From Bacillota bacterium (GTDB taxonomy: Bacteria > Bacillota > UBA994), in assembly GCA_018333655.1 (NCBI GenBank), contig JAGXTJ010000055.1:103659-167658 (forward strand): 64,000 nt of DNA, in the 5' to 3' direction. The notes under the pieces are model-generated. The model saw nothing but the letters and a program-made list of their open reading frames with translations. It did not search any database and was not told the DNA's origin. Shown here piece after piece: positions 38,410 to 46,939 of this stretch. Made by a program: the position numbers and the translations under genes. How positions within the stretch are numbered: position 1 is the stretch's first letter; the number at the start of each line of letters is the position of its first letter.

Positions 38410-39825
38410 TCATCCCTTGTCAAGGGTCGCAGCAAAGTCCACGAGGGCGTCGCGAAAGCACTTAAAGGGTGGCGACACAAGCCCTGCCCCCACTTGTCCT
38501 ACGCCCGGCTCCTTATGCGCCATGCCCGTGTTAATGATGGGCAAGACCCCGGTTTCGACAACCTTGATGATATCTATGCCGAGGGGAGTGGGCTTGAAAT
38601 CAAGCGCAGGTAGGGTGAAGGCGCTGTTTTCACCATGGCAGATTTCGTGCATCTTGAGTGAATAGTTATGGGCATCTTGCACGCTACCACCCACAAATTT
38701 TACGATCGCCGGTGCGCCACCCATCGCAAAGCCACCGATCCCTAGGGTCTCGGTAATGGCGCTGTCGCCGATATCTGGCGCAGCGTCTTCTTTGCTGAAC
38801 CCGGGAAAGAGCAAGCCGGAAATATAGTTGGCAGGCCCAGTAAACCACTGATCGGAGCTGCTTATTTTTATACCAAACTCAAAGCCGTTGCGCGCCATAA
38901 TGGTGATGATACTCGCTTTTGGCACGCCGTGACCTGCTTGCAAGGTCACTTTGCAGTAGGGCATGGACAAGTTAAGAAAGTAATGGTCATTGGCCTTGAT
39001 AAACTCGAGGACGGCTTGTTTTTGCGGCAAAGAGAAAGTGGTTTTTAGCACCCAGCCCATAATTTCACGCAGAAACAAGCCGGTAGAAGCTTTATTGCGG
39101 TTGTGGCACTCATCGCCCATGTGCAGTGCCTGCGCGACAATCCCCCCCACGTCGATGCCGCCCGCAAGAGTTAGGGCTTGGTCTAGTACTGGTGCGAACT
39201 CTTTTTCAATCCACCCAAGTCTCGCCAAGACCTCTTCGCTGTAAGCCCCATAGCGCAGCACCTTGCCTAGCCCTTCGTTTATAGTGCAGTAGGCATAATT
39301 GCCATGCACTGGGTCATGCAAGATATGCACGGGCATGGAGGGCGATACAATGCCCGCCATCGGCCCTACCGCCCCGTGCTCATGGCAGGGGGCAAAGCGC
39401 ACCTCGCCACTTTTGGCGAGATTAGCCGCCTCGTCTTTATCTTTAGCCCAGCCCTCGTAAACTAAGGCTCCCATGATAGCTCCCCGCATAGGACCCACCA
39501 TGTTTTCCCAGTCAACAGGTGGTCCAGCATGCAAGATAGTCCGCTCGCCCATACCCACGACCACATCGCGAGCACGCTTGACCCCCACTAACCGTCCTGT
39601 CGCAGCCTTAACATGGCGCAGCACCTCGTCGTTGGCGCTCTCGATCTCCGCTCTATGCTGCGCCAGGCGTGATAATACCGCCAACAGTTCGACATCGCCC
39701 TCGGCGGGTGGTCGCCAGTCCAAGTGCACATGGGGAACCCCCTGTAGCCGCAAATCTGCGTTAAAGGCGGGAGTACCAACATTGATGACTTTGAGTGTTT
39801 GTCCCAGTAAACTTTGCTGCCCCAT
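38410..39825 (-). CDS. DUF1116 (YlbE/AllG-like) protein
   Basis: I assign it by position immediately downstream of fdrA, matching E. coli fdrA-ylbE synteny. I cannot verify a sequence-level match. Confidence 0.5.
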   Translation of the reverse strand: MGQQSLLGQTLKVINVGTPAFNADLRLQGVPHVHLDWRPPAEGDVELLAVLSRLAQHRAEIESANDEVLRHVKAATGRLVGVKRARDVVVGMGERTILHAGPPVDWENMVGPMRGAIMGALVYEGWAKDKDEAANLAKSGEVRFAPCHEHGAVGPMAGIVSPSMPVHILHDPVHGNYAYCTINEGLGKVLRYGAYSEEVLARLGWIEKEFAPVLDQALTLAGGIDVGGIVAQALHMGDECHNRNKASTGLFLREIMGWVLKTTFSLPQKQAVLEFIKANDHYFLNLSMPYCKVTLQAGHGVPKASIITIMARNGFEFGIKISSSDQWFTGPANYISGLLFPGFSKEDAAPDIGDSAITETLGIGGFAMGGAPAIVKFVGGSVQDAHNYSLKMHEICHGENSAFTLPALDFKPTPLGIDIIKVVETGVLPIINTGMAHKEPGVGQVGAGLVSPPFKCFRDALVDFAATLDKG

Positions 39826-41382
39826 CTAAACTCCCCCCGCCACTATTTTACAGGCCAGTTCGGCAGCCTGAGCAGTACTCGTAGCCGTTAGCACCCCAGC
39901 CGACTCTAGCTTCTTGCACTGTGCGTCATAACCCTGCTTGTCGAGGTCGGTGCCGCAAACATAGCCGACTACAGCCAGATGCCTGCCACTTTGCGCGGCT
40001 ATTTCCCGGGCAATATGAAGCGTGGGCAACGTCACGCCCACTGGGTCTGCATGCGAGCCGTACCCTAGCACAAAATCTAGGATGAGCACGGCTACTTCGG
40101 GGTCACTGGCCTCTTGCAAGATGCGCTCTAACCTGATGCTAGGGTCAATCATGGGGTGGGGTCTACCCTGCGTGAAGATGTCATCGCCTAGGTCTATAAA
40201 ACAATGCCCACTGCTCACCAGGGGATTCAACAGTTTTTCATTGTCACGCTTAGCCACATTACTAAACACAGGCTGCACGCGAGCACGAGAGAGCATAAGC
40301 GCCTCCGCACAGAGCGTCCCCCCACAGTAAAGGCCGCGTATAAAGCGCTGCGTGGGCATTAACTTGCGACCTTCTTCCCTGGCGAGCGCAGCAAAGAGAC
40401 TGTTATCAACGCCCTCGCCCTGAGCCCGCGCCCCGGCCAAGCCTAGCGCTACTTTCGCTGCTCCCTCGAGAGTCGCGACAAAATGCCACCTCGCTTCAGG
40501 ATTATCTACAGGTTCGCCATCCAAGAAACAAACTACTACCGGCTTCTCTACGCCAACGAGAGCCTCTAGAATAGCCCCCTGCACCTCGCGCGCTGGCGGC
40601 TTAGAAAGGAGCACTACGACCAGAGTCGCGGCATCCTCCGCTAACGCCCTAATGCCTGCGAGCATCATCAGCCCGCCCACGTCACCGCTCAAATCGCGTC
40701 CACCCACTCCTATAGCTTGCGAAATGCCGCCGCCTAGGCGATGAATGAGCACGCTTACCTCCTGCAGGCCTGTCCCCGAGGCCGCCACCAAGCCAATGTT
40801 TCCCGCCCGCACACGGTTGGCAAAGCCCAGCCCCACACCATTAATAATCGCTGTGCCGCAGTCCGGCCCCATGAGCAGCAAACCTTTCTCTTTCGCTAGC
40901 GCCTTGAGCCGCACCTCTTCTGGCACGGAAACATTATCGCTAAAGATCATGACATTTAAGCCTTGTCGCAAGGCCAACTCTGCTTCCCGGGCCGCATACT
41001 CCCCTGGGGTGGAGATAACAACGAGGTTAGCGTCAAATTGTCGCAGTGCACTACTAATGGTCGCCGGGCTGATACCCTGCCCCTTTCTCTCTTGCTTGCC
41101 GCCACCCTTAAGTGCATTCTCAAGCTGCGCCACAATAGACGGGCTAGGCACCTTGGTGGTAACACCGATAACGCAGTCGTTAGCTGAGGCGGCACGAAGC
41201 TCAGTCGAGTCAAAACCCCTCTCCACTAGCATGGTTTTATTCATCGCTGTGGCCATGAGCATGACTACCAGTTCGGCCCCAGTCTCCTCTTTTACTTTGG
41301 CAGCGACAGACATCAGGGTCACTGAATCGAAATACTCATTTCGCAACACTTTTAGATATACAGGCATGTAGCGACCTCCCAC
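39826..41382 (-). CDS. fdrA: FdrA/AllF-like acyl-CoA synthetase-fold protein
   Basis: …NVMIFSDNVSVPEEVRLKALAKEKGLLLMGPDCGTAIINGVGLGFAN…GNIGLVAASGTGLQE… closely parallels the E. coli FdrA core. Confidence 0.8.
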   Translation of the reverse strand: MGGRYMPVYLKVLRNEYFDSVTLMSVAAKVKEETGAELVVMLMATAMNKTMLVERGFDSTELRAASANDCVIGVTTKVPSPSIVAQLENALKGGGKQERKGQGISPATISSALRQFDANLVVISTPGEYAAREAELALRQGLNVMIFSDNVSVPEEVRLKALAKEKGLLLMGPDCGTAIINGVGLGFANRVRAGNIGLVAASGTGLQEVSVLIHRLGGGISQAIGVGGRDLSGDVGGLMMLAGIRALAEDAATLVVVLLSKPPAREVQGAILEALVGVEKPVVVCFLDGEPVDNPEARWHFVATLEGAAKVALGLAGARAQGEGVDNSLFAALAREEGRKLMPTQRFIRGLYCGGTLCAEALMLSRARVQPVFSNVAKRDNEKLLNPLVSSGHCFIDLGDDIFTQGRPHPMIDPSIRLERILQEASDPEVAVLILDFVLGYGSHADPVGVTLPTLHIAREIAAQSGRHLAVVGYVCGTDLDKQGYDAQCKKLESAGVLTATSTAQAAELACKIVAGGV

Positions 41383-41460
41383 TCTTGTGCTTGGCGCCCT
41401 TGCGCAATATTCAGACGACCAACTAGTTCTAGACTAGGGGGGCAAAATCCTTCGCCTCAT

Positions 41461-41498
41461 TAAAAAAGCAACATCCTCCCGTAGGGAGGATGTTGCTC
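41461..41498 (-). terminator. Rho-independent terminator of the ABC-F gene (14-bp stem AGCAACATCCTCCC/GGGAGGATGTTGCT, loop GTAG, U6 on the minus strand)
   Basis: The hairpin and U-run are seen directly. Confidence 0.75.
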
Positions 41499-41505
41499 TA
41501 GTTCT

Positions 41506-43086
41506 TTAGGCAGTAACTTTTTGTAGGTACTCATCGTAGGTACCGCGTAAATCCAAAAGGCCTTGCGGTGTAATCTCTAGAATGCGATTGGCAATGGTTT
41601 GCAAGAGCTGATGATCATGCGAAGTCATAAGAATGTTGCCGTTATAATCTGTCAAGCCATTATTTAAGGCCGTGATGGCTTCTAGATCAAGGTGATTGGT
41701 CGGGTGGTCAAACAGCAGCAAGTTCGGATTAATTATCATCATCTTAGCCAGCATCAGGCGCACCTTCTCGCCCCCCGACAGCACCTTAACCTGCTTCTCG
41801 CCGTCCTCGCCAGAAAACAACACCCTACCGAGGAAGCTACGCACATGATTGTCGGTCTTAATAGGCGAATACTCACGCAGCCAGTCCACCAAATTAGTGG
41901 TGACACCTTCAAACAGAGCTGAATTGTCCTTGGGAAAGTAGGCCTTAGAGATGGTAATACCCCACTTGTAATAACCAGAGTCGGCCTCCATCTCTCCGGA
42001 AAGAATCTTAAGCAAGGTGGAGTTAGCCGCTTCGTTCATACCGACAAGCGCAATCTTGTCTCCCTTGGTCATGGTGAAGCTAATATTGTCGAGCACCTTG
42101 ACTCCATCTACCGTCTTGGTGAGTCCCTTAACAGTGAGTATGTCCTTGCCGGGCTCTCTCTCGGGCTTAAAGCCTAGGTATGGATAGCGGCGGGTGGAGG
42201 GAGTGATGTCATCAAGGGTAATCTTCTCGAGCAGGCGCTTACGTGAAGTGGCCTGTTTAGACTTAGAAGCATTAGCGCTAAAACGCGCTATAAACTCCTG
42301 CAGATGCTTGATGTGCTCTTCTTTTTTCTTGTTTTCGTCCTTCATCATGCGTAGGGCAAGTTGGCTAGACTCGTACCAGAAATCGTAATTACCAACATAC
42401 AGCTTAATTTTGCCGTGATCCACATCTGCCATATGCGTACAGACTTCATTCAAAAAGTGCCTATCATGGGAGACGACAATAATCGTGCCCTCGTAGTCGG
42501 CAAAAAAGTTCTCTAACCACCGTATTGACCGCGCGTCAAGGTTGTTAGTAGGCTCATCTAGAACAAGAATTCCCGGGTTGCCAAAAAGCGCTTGCGCCAA
42601 GAGCACTTTCACCTTATCAGCGCCTTGGAGTTCTTTCATCAAAGCCTGATGCAGGTCCACGCCTATGCCTAGGCCCTGCAAGAGCGACGCCGCGTCTGAC
42701 TCGGCTTCCCAACCGTTCATTTCGGCAAATTCGCACTCTAGCTCGGCCGCCTTTATACCATCTGCATCGGTAAAATCAGGCTTGGCATAGAGGTCGTTCC
42801 TAGCCGTAATGTTCTCAAAAATTCTGGGGTTACCCATGATCACCGTCTCCAGCACTGCTTTGTTGTCATACTGGTACTGGTCTTGCTTGAGTACCGACAT
42901 GCGCACGCCACGACCCACGCTAACCTCGCCTGTACTAGGCTCGAGATCGCCCGAGAGAATGCGCAAGAAAGTGCTCTTACCCGCACCGTTCGCCCCAATA
43001 ACGCCATAGCAGTTGCCTGGCGTGAACTTAAGATTGACATCGGCAAATAACTTCTGCCCGCCAAAATGCAGGCTAACATTGCTCAC
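41506..43086 (-). CDS. ABC-F family ATPase, YbiT-like (translation-associated, two ABC domains, no TMD)
   Basis: It matches E. coli YbiT closely (…HMADVDHGKIKLYVGNYDFW…RFSANASKSKQATSRKR…). Confidence 0.8.
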   Translation of the reverse strand: MSNVSLHFGGQKLFADVNLKFTPGNCYGVIGANGAGKSTFLRILSGDLEPSTGEVSVGRGVRMSVLKQDQYQYDNKAVLETVIMGNPRIFENITARNDLYAKPDFTDADGIKAAELECEFAEMNGWEAESDAASLLQGLGIGVDLHQALMKELQGADKVKVLLAQALFGNPGILVLDEPTNNLDARSIRWLENFFADYEGTIIVVSHDRHFLNEVCTHMADVDHGKIKLYVGNYDFWYESSQLALRMMKDENKKKEEHIKHLQEFIARFSANASKSKQATSRKRLLEKITLDDITPSTRRYPYLGFKPEREPGKDILTVKGLTKTVDGVKVLDNISFTMTKGDKIALVGMNEAANSTLLKILSGEMEADSGYYKWGITISKAYFPKDNSALFEGVTTNLVDWLREYSPIKTDNHVRSFLGRVLFSGEDGEKQVKVLSGGEKVRLMLAKMMIINPNLLLFDHPTNHLDLEAITALNNGLTDYNGNILMTSHDHQLLQTIANRILEITPQGLLDLRGTYDEYLQKVTA

Positions 43087-43185
43087 GTTAAGAATGGTCT
43101 ACCGCCCCTTACATGTTTTAGACATACCTTTTAATAATAGCACAAAGTCAAGCCTGTTGCTCGCTTTAGCAACAATACTTTCTCT

Positions 43186-43217
43186 AACGAAAAGAAAGGC
43201 CTAGCGCATGCTAGGCC
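43186..43217 (-). terminator. Rho-independent terminator downstream of the GNAT gene (GGCCTAGCGCATGCTAGGCC palindrome plus a U-rich tail on the minus strand)
   Basis: The hairpin and T-rich tail are seen directly. Confidence 0.6.
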
Positions 43218-43231
43218 AATTTACCTACAAC

Positions 43232-43795
43232 TTACACCACGCGCCCAATCCTCTTGGCCATGATGATGTCCGGCTGGCCAAAGCCGTTGGCGTCGGGCAT
43301 TATGCCGACCACCACGTAGCCAAGTTTACGGTAGAAGGCCAGGGGGTGATTGTTGATACTCTCGAGGTTCTGAGCATGCAGCAGGGGGTCGGGATAAACG
43401 TCAAGGCCAAAAATATTAGTCCCGTTACTGACATCGTCGGTGCCAAGATAAATGGTCAGGGCGCCAAGCTCGCGCACTCGCTGTTCAAGCTTCTCGACAA
43501 GCAGGGTGCCTAAATTGTGCCCGCGGCTATCCTCCCTGATGACTAGCGGATGCAGCTCGTAGACATTGCCATTATATGTCTCTATACCGCCAATCCAACC
43601 CACAATATCGCCCAGTTCATTTAAAGCCACAAAGTTAATTCTGCCCTCTTCGCAGGCCTCGACCACCTCGGTGCGGGCGGACTCCATCGTCGGATACCCA
43701 TCTGCACCCGGAAAAGCCATGTGGATGAGAGTAGCTAACTGCTCGGCACGGTTTTCCGTATAAACGTCGCGTAAATCCACTATTTTCACGGTCAT
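43232..43795 (-). CDS. GNAT acetyltransferase, AAC(6')-Ii-like (aminoglycoside 6'-N-acetyltransferase family)
   Basis: …YELHPLVIREDSRGHNLGTLLVEKLEQRVRELGALTIYLGTDD…FYRKLGYVVVGIMPDANGFGQPDIIMAKRI parallels E. faecium AAC(6')-Ii (…WELHPLVVESSRRKNQIGTRLVNYLEKEV…ITIYLGTDD…[28 protein letters not shown]). Confidence 0.65.
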   Translation of the reverse strand: MTVKIVDLRDVYTENRAEQLATLIHMAFPGADGYPTMESARTEVVEACEEGRINFVALNELGDIVGWIGGIETYNGNVYELHPLVIREDSRGHNLGTLLVEKLEQRVRELGALTIYLGTDDVSNGTNIFGLDVYPDPLLHAQNLESINNHPLAFYRKLGYVVVGIMPDANGFGQPDIIMAKRIGRVV

Positions 43796-43813
43796 TTCCC
43801 CATCACTCCTTAG

Positions 43814-44530
43814 TTACGCCAGTTCGAGAGCAATCTCCATCATCTGCGTAAAGGTGTTCTGCCGCTCCTCGGCCGAAAGCGCCTCGTGCGTGACCAGGGA
43901 GTCTGAGACCGTTAAAATACACAGCGCTTGCACACCGGCCCTTGCCGCATTCATGTAGAGCGCGGCCGCTTCCATCTCCACAGCCATTACGCCCATTTTT
44001 GCCCACTTCTGCCATGAAGTTGGGTTGTCGTCGTAGAAAATATCTGAGGAGAACACATTGCCCACCTTGACGGCAATGCCCTTCTGCTCCGCTGTAGCGA
44101 CTGCCTTTTTCAGCAAAGCCCAAGATGCGGTTGGCGCATAAGTACCGGGCAAGGCATACTGACTAGCGTAGTTAGAGTTAGTCGACGCCGCCATGGCGAT
44201 GACAATGTCGCGCACCTTGACGTCTTCGAGAAATGAACCGCATGACCCCACTCTAATTAAGTTCTTGACCCCATAAAAGTGAATCAACTCATAGGAGTAA
44301 ATACCTATGGAAGGCATGCCCATGCCGCTTCCCATAACGGAAATCTTCTTACCCTGGTAAGTGCCTGTATACCCGAACATATTACGCACCGTATTAAATT
44401 GCACCGCATCCGCAAGGAAATTATCGGCAATAAACTTTGCGCGCAATGGGTCGCCGGGCAAGAGCACCGTCTCGGCAATAATGCCCTTTTCGCGCACCCC
44501 GATATGTGGCGTCGGAATCATGTGGAACAC
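43814..44530 (-). CDS. deoD: Purine nucleoside phosphorylase, DeoD type
   Basis: The DeoD N-terminal motifs are [12 protein letters not shown]…[10 protein letters not shown]…[22 protein letters not shown]. Confidence 0.85.
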   Translation of the reverse strand: MFHMIPTPHIGVREKGIIAETVLLPGDPLRAKFIADNFLADAVQFNTVRNMFGYTGTYQGKKISVMGSGMGMPSIGIYSYELIHFYGVKNLIRVGSCGSFLEDVKVRDIVIAMAASTNSNYASQYALPGTYAPTASWALLKKAVATAEQKGIAVKVGNVFSSDIFYDDNPTSWQKWAKMGVMAVEMEAAALYMNAARAGVQALCILTVSDSLVTHEALSAEERQNTFTQMMEIALELA

Positions 44531-44599
44531 ACTCCTTTAAACTTTCTTCTGCCCTATTATAACCTCACACACGCGCCAAGCATAGCCTGTACTAGGGTC

Positions 44600-45844
44600 T
44601 CACTTGTCTACAGGTTCGAGTCTCAGCAGCTGCAGACCCATGTTGCGGATCTCTACCTTTGTCTGCACGCCAAAGGTCGCCGTCTTAAGCTGGTCGCGCC
44701 ACCCCTTGCTGTCCCACTCTGCGGGGTATTTTAGGCGCACCAATTGGCCTAGACTTAAGGCGTCGCTGCCGGTAGAAACCAGTCTTTGCAGGGCCTCCAG
44801 CATGTTTTGCTCAAACGTGCTCGCGATGATCTTTTCAAAAAGCTCGCTATTCTCCTGCTTACTCAGGTCTACAGTGCCGGCATAGTTGTGCAGACTGAGC
44901 CTCACATCTAGTCGTAAAGTGTAATGTGGCCGTCCCTCGGCTAGGTCGAGACTCCAATCGGCGCGAGCGCCCTCTATACTAAGGGTCATGACGCTGCCCC
45001 CGGGGAAAAATCTCTCGTCTGGGGCAAACAAGACCTTCATGAGCATGGCGTCAGCAATCCCCATTGCTACGAAGACATGCTGTGCCATGGGCAAGGTCAG
45101 TTCCCCTACCATGGTATCGCCTTGCCACAGGGCTGCCCCCACCACCTGAACATCTTCAGGAGGGGGACTTGGCAAGGCATTTTTGCCACCGCCCTCGGCC
45201 TGCTGGCCACCGCCCCCCGCGCCCTCTGCGCCTTGCCCCGGCGGAGGACGATGCTCGAGAGTGCCTATGGGACTAAGGAGAGCGGTGATGGCATCTGCGC
45301 CTGGCGTCATGACATGTGTGACAAAGTCGTACAGAGTCGTGGCTGGTGCGTCGCTCCGCCGCACAGCTCTGTGCAGAATATCTCTCAGGTGCACAGCGAT
45401 GCGCTGATGATCGGGCGGAGTAACAGCTAGTAATTCCTGCGCTGTGCCACTGGCCACGAGGACATAGGCACCAAGACGCAGGTCGGGGTGAGCCATGAGG
45501 TCGTTCACAAACGAGGAGAGAGGCTGCTCGGCCGCTTGCCGACCTATGACGATGACCGAAAGGACGCCGAGAGACAACTGCTGCCCACTGCTGTGGTGCA
45601 ACATGGCCAGAGCTTCACCAAAACTATGAGCGCGAAAGGTCAGCACGCGATTCTCTCGGGCGCGCTTTTCTTCCATTAACGGGTGTATTACAGTCACTGT
45701 AAGGTGTGGTTGTTCGGGCACCCAGTCTAGCCCTATAGCAGTGGCAAAAATTCGCTTTTCTACGGGCAGGGCATCCCAGCAACCGGTCATGAGCAGGGAG
45801 CAAATTGTTAAAGTCAGCACCAGCAGCCGCCTAGCCGTAATCAT
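44600..45844 (-). CDS. gerAC: Spore germination receptor C subunit (Ger(x)C lipoprotein)
   Basis: There is a lipobox (LLMTGC) and a GerxC C-terminal region. I trimmed the start to MITARRLL (nt 45844), which overlaps the gerAB stop by 4 nt. There is a low-complexity Gly/Pro/Gln-rich insert. Confidence 0.75.
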   Translation of the reverse strand: MITARRLLVLTLTICSLLMTGCWDALPVEKRIFATAIGLDWVPEQPHLTVTVIHPLMEEKRARENRVLTFRAHSFGEALAMLHHSSGQQLSLGVLSVIVIGRQAAEQPLSSFVNDLMAHPDLRLGAYVLVASGTAQELLAVTPPDHQRIAVHLRDILHRAVRRSDAPATTLYDFVTHVMTPGADAITALLSPIGTLEHRPPPGQGAEGAGGGGQQAEGGGKNALPSPPPEDVQVVGAALWQGDTMVGELTLPMAQHVFVAMGIADAMLMKVLFAPDERFFPGGSVMTLSIEGARADWSLDLAEGRPHYTLRLDVRLSLHNYAGTVDLSKQENSELFEKIIASTFEQNMLEALQRLVSTGSDALSLGQLVRLKYPAEWDSKGWRDQLKTATFGVQTKVEIRNMGLQLLRLEPVDK

Positions 45845-46935
45845 CGCCCGAGCCTGCGCTCTCTCTTGTTGACGAAGTAGGCGAGGGGCAGCAAAAGCAC
45901 CGCGCTTAGTGTGACAAACAAAATGTCGAAGGTGCCAAAATAATCGGCGAAGGTGATTAGCCTCCTTAGTGGTGTCTCTCCCCAAGTGGATACGAGAAGA
46001 AAGGCGCCCAGAAACACTGCTGTTTTCTCAAAGTTCGCCTTGGGGATTAACCCCTGAATGAGCCGCGTGCCCATGTAGAGCTGGGTTCCCGACGTTACCA
46101 CGACCATGCCGAGCCACATAAAGAGGGCCAAGCTATCAAACCGCTCTATGACCGAGGTCTCGGCGATACTTAGCATCACTAGCGTCGGCACTAGAAGGCG
46201 AGTCAGATGTTCTACGCCAAAAAACGCGAGTGCCGCCACGGTAGTCAGGGTGTAAATAGCGGTGACAAAGACCATGGCCCAAAACACTGCGCGGGCAGAA
46301 TTCTGGGGTTTTTCGAGATGCGGGTAGCTAAACAGCAGTATGTCAAAACCTGCGAAGCTAAAGGAAGCCGACTTGGCGCCGGCGAGGAGGGCGCTAAGAT
46401 CTGTGTCCCCAATTACTGGTTGAAGATGAAAGAGATGCCCCCGCAAAAGGGTGGCTACAACCAGCAGCATGAAGGGCAACCACACCATAAAGCTAATTTC
46501 TGCAAAGCGAGCTAGGCCGCTTATGCCTATTACAGCGGCCAGCACTGACAAGAGCAGCACTATGCCCGCCAAGACGCTGCTTGGCGTATGCATGAGCATG
46601 CGGTTAGTAATAATGGCGGCAAAAATACGCATTGTTAACACTATAAAGAAGCAGCATTTTAGAAAGTAGAGCAGCAGCCACACGCGCCCCACGATGGGCC
46701 CCATAAGCCTTAGCCCCCAGCCTGCTGGGTCTTCCTCCGGAAAGTAACTGGCTAGTCGGTTAGAAAGGAGCGCCACTATGAGGAGCACCAGCCCGGCAAA
46801 GGCCACGACCACCCAAGCGGAGCGTCCCGCATCTTGTGCCGCCACGCGCGGCAAGGAAAAAATGCCATTGGCAATTAAGGCACCGATAATGAGTACGCCA
46901 TGCTGGAACGATGTGAGCCGATTTCTCACCCGCAT
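45841..46935 (-). CDS. gerAB: Spore germination receptor B subunit (APC-like 10-TM permease)
   Basis: The GerAB-family topology fits. I trimmed the start to MRVRNRLTSFQHGVLIIG (nt 46935). Confidence 0.75.
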   Translation of the reverse strand: MRVRNRLTSFQHGVLIIGALIANGIFSLPRVAAQDAGRSAWVVVAFAGLVLLIVALLSNRLASYFPEEDPAGWGLRLMGPIVGRVWLLLYFLKCCFFIVLTMRIFAAIITNRMLMHTPSSVLAGIVLLLSVLAAVIGISGLARFAEISFMVWLPFMLLVVATLLRGHLFHLQPVIGDTDLSALLAGAKSASFSFAGFDILLFSYPHLEKPQNSARAVFWAMVFVTAIYTLTTVAALAFFGVEHLTRLLVPTLVMLSIAETSVIERFDSLALFMWLGMVVVTSGTQLYMGTRLIQGLIPKANFEKTAVFLGAFLLVSTWGETPLRRLITFADYFGTFDILFVTLSAVLLLPLAYFVNKRERRLGR

Positions 46936-46939
46936 GAGT

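Noticed and set aside
43208-43513. A 101-aa plus-strand ORF
   Set aside because: It is wholly antisense to the well-supported AAC(6')-like gene and spans its terminator.
44600-44625. GGTTCGAGTC, a tRNA T-loop-like string
   Set aside because: It lies inside the gerAC coding frame. The flanks cannot form acceptor or T stems, and there is no cloverleaf.
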